This document shows, piece by piece, positions 63,313 through 64,000 of a DNA stretch of 64,000 nucleotides. Each line of letters begins with the position of its first letter. Within the stretch, counting starts at the first letter, position 1. The DNA is from Mayamaea pseudoterrestris (Eukaryota). Where the stretch lies: NCBI GenBank assembly GCA_027923505.1, contig BROI01000028.1:124001-188000 (forward strand). Direction: 5' to 3'. A model generated the notes under the pieces. It was not told where the DNA came from, ran no database searches, and saw only the letters and a program-made list of their open reading frames with translations. The position numbers and the translations under genes are program-made.

Positions 63313-64000
63313 ATGGAAGCAGCCACTCAGTCTCCTCCGAGCGCGCCTCTGCCTTCAACGACTGGCATGAAACCAACAGCAGCCACTGTATCGCCCGAGG
63401 CATTTTCGTCCTTGTCGTCTCGCATGCAAGTCAACAAAAACGTTGTCGACGAACTTCTCTTGGTTTGCGGAGTGATTGGAACTGCAGCTGAAGGTGATCA
63501 GTTTGTTCCAGTCACGGATTGTCTCAATTGGTTGCAAGATTTACAGCGAGCATTGCGTCGAGATGAAGATTTGTATCGGCCCATTAGCTTGCTGCTTGGA
63601 CAGTGGAAGGTGGTGCCGCAAAAGCTGCTTCCACTCGTCATGACTTGTCGATACGATACGGCCATGGTGTTGACTGTGTGCAAGATTTTGGTGATTTTGA
63701 CCAAGCCACTTGCGGGAAATACCGTCCGAGCCGCGCAAATGGTGATTGATACGAAAAAGACAAAGAGTAGTCCACCAGAGTAAGTGAAGCGAATCTGAGT
63801 GAACCTGGTATGCTTTTGCTGTTTCCTTAAAATACTGCATCTTACTCTTCGATGATATCTCTTGTAACATCATTAAGGTTTGAAATGCTCATTGCGCAAA
63901 AGATCAAGCTCCGCGAGAACGCATTGGCCCAGTGTAACACGCTGCTTGATCTCAAACATTCAATTTGCCATCATCCGTCACACTACGGCAGCGACGACGG
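63313..64000 (+). CDS. Timeless/Tof1-family protein, N-terminal part (runs off window; intron from 63780 to ~63877)
   Basis: VPVTDCLNWLQDLQRALRRDE..LLGQWKVVPQKLLPLV..KILVILTKP resembles the TIMELESS N-terminal domain. Confidence 0.75.

Noticed and set aside
46477..64000. Light/circadian gene cluster (rhodopsin kinase + Timeless)
   Set aside because: The genes are 14 kb apart with unrelated genes between. Timeless/Tof1 outside insects is mainly a replication-fork factor.

Overview
Eukaryotic genomic DNA, most likely a diatom: about 50% GC, gene-dense, short GT-AG introns of 64-186 bp, and a silicanin-like gene. Bases 1-~20,950 are an uninterrupted tandem array of ~123 copies of a 169-bp satellite that continues beyond the window start. 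The many minus-strand 113-aa ORFs there are artefacts of the repeat. The array has a near-homogeneous core, a local 6-monomer (1014-bp) higher-order duplication, a conserved 19-bp palindrome and a CpG-decay signature. Its right edge abuts a 5'-truncated ornithine-cyclodeaminase pseudogene with several stops and frameshifts. A diverged, inverted island of the same satellite sits at ~37.8-38.45 kb. The rest holds about 19 protein genes: silicanin-like, RBBP9-like hydrolase, SNF2/RING helicase, LRR protein, RRP15, PLAC8, WBP4-like zinc finger, TSR2, TLDc, MYND, DENN-PPR, TBP, cystinosin, PH-PP2C, cereblon-like, Timeless and unknowns. The most striking gene (46477-49518) encodes an apparently 8-TM microbial rhodopsin that retains the retinal-binding lysine, fused to PAS, histidine kinase and receiver domains. 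It is a candidate one-protein light-sensing phosphorelay. All family calls come from manual motif recognition; no database searches were run.
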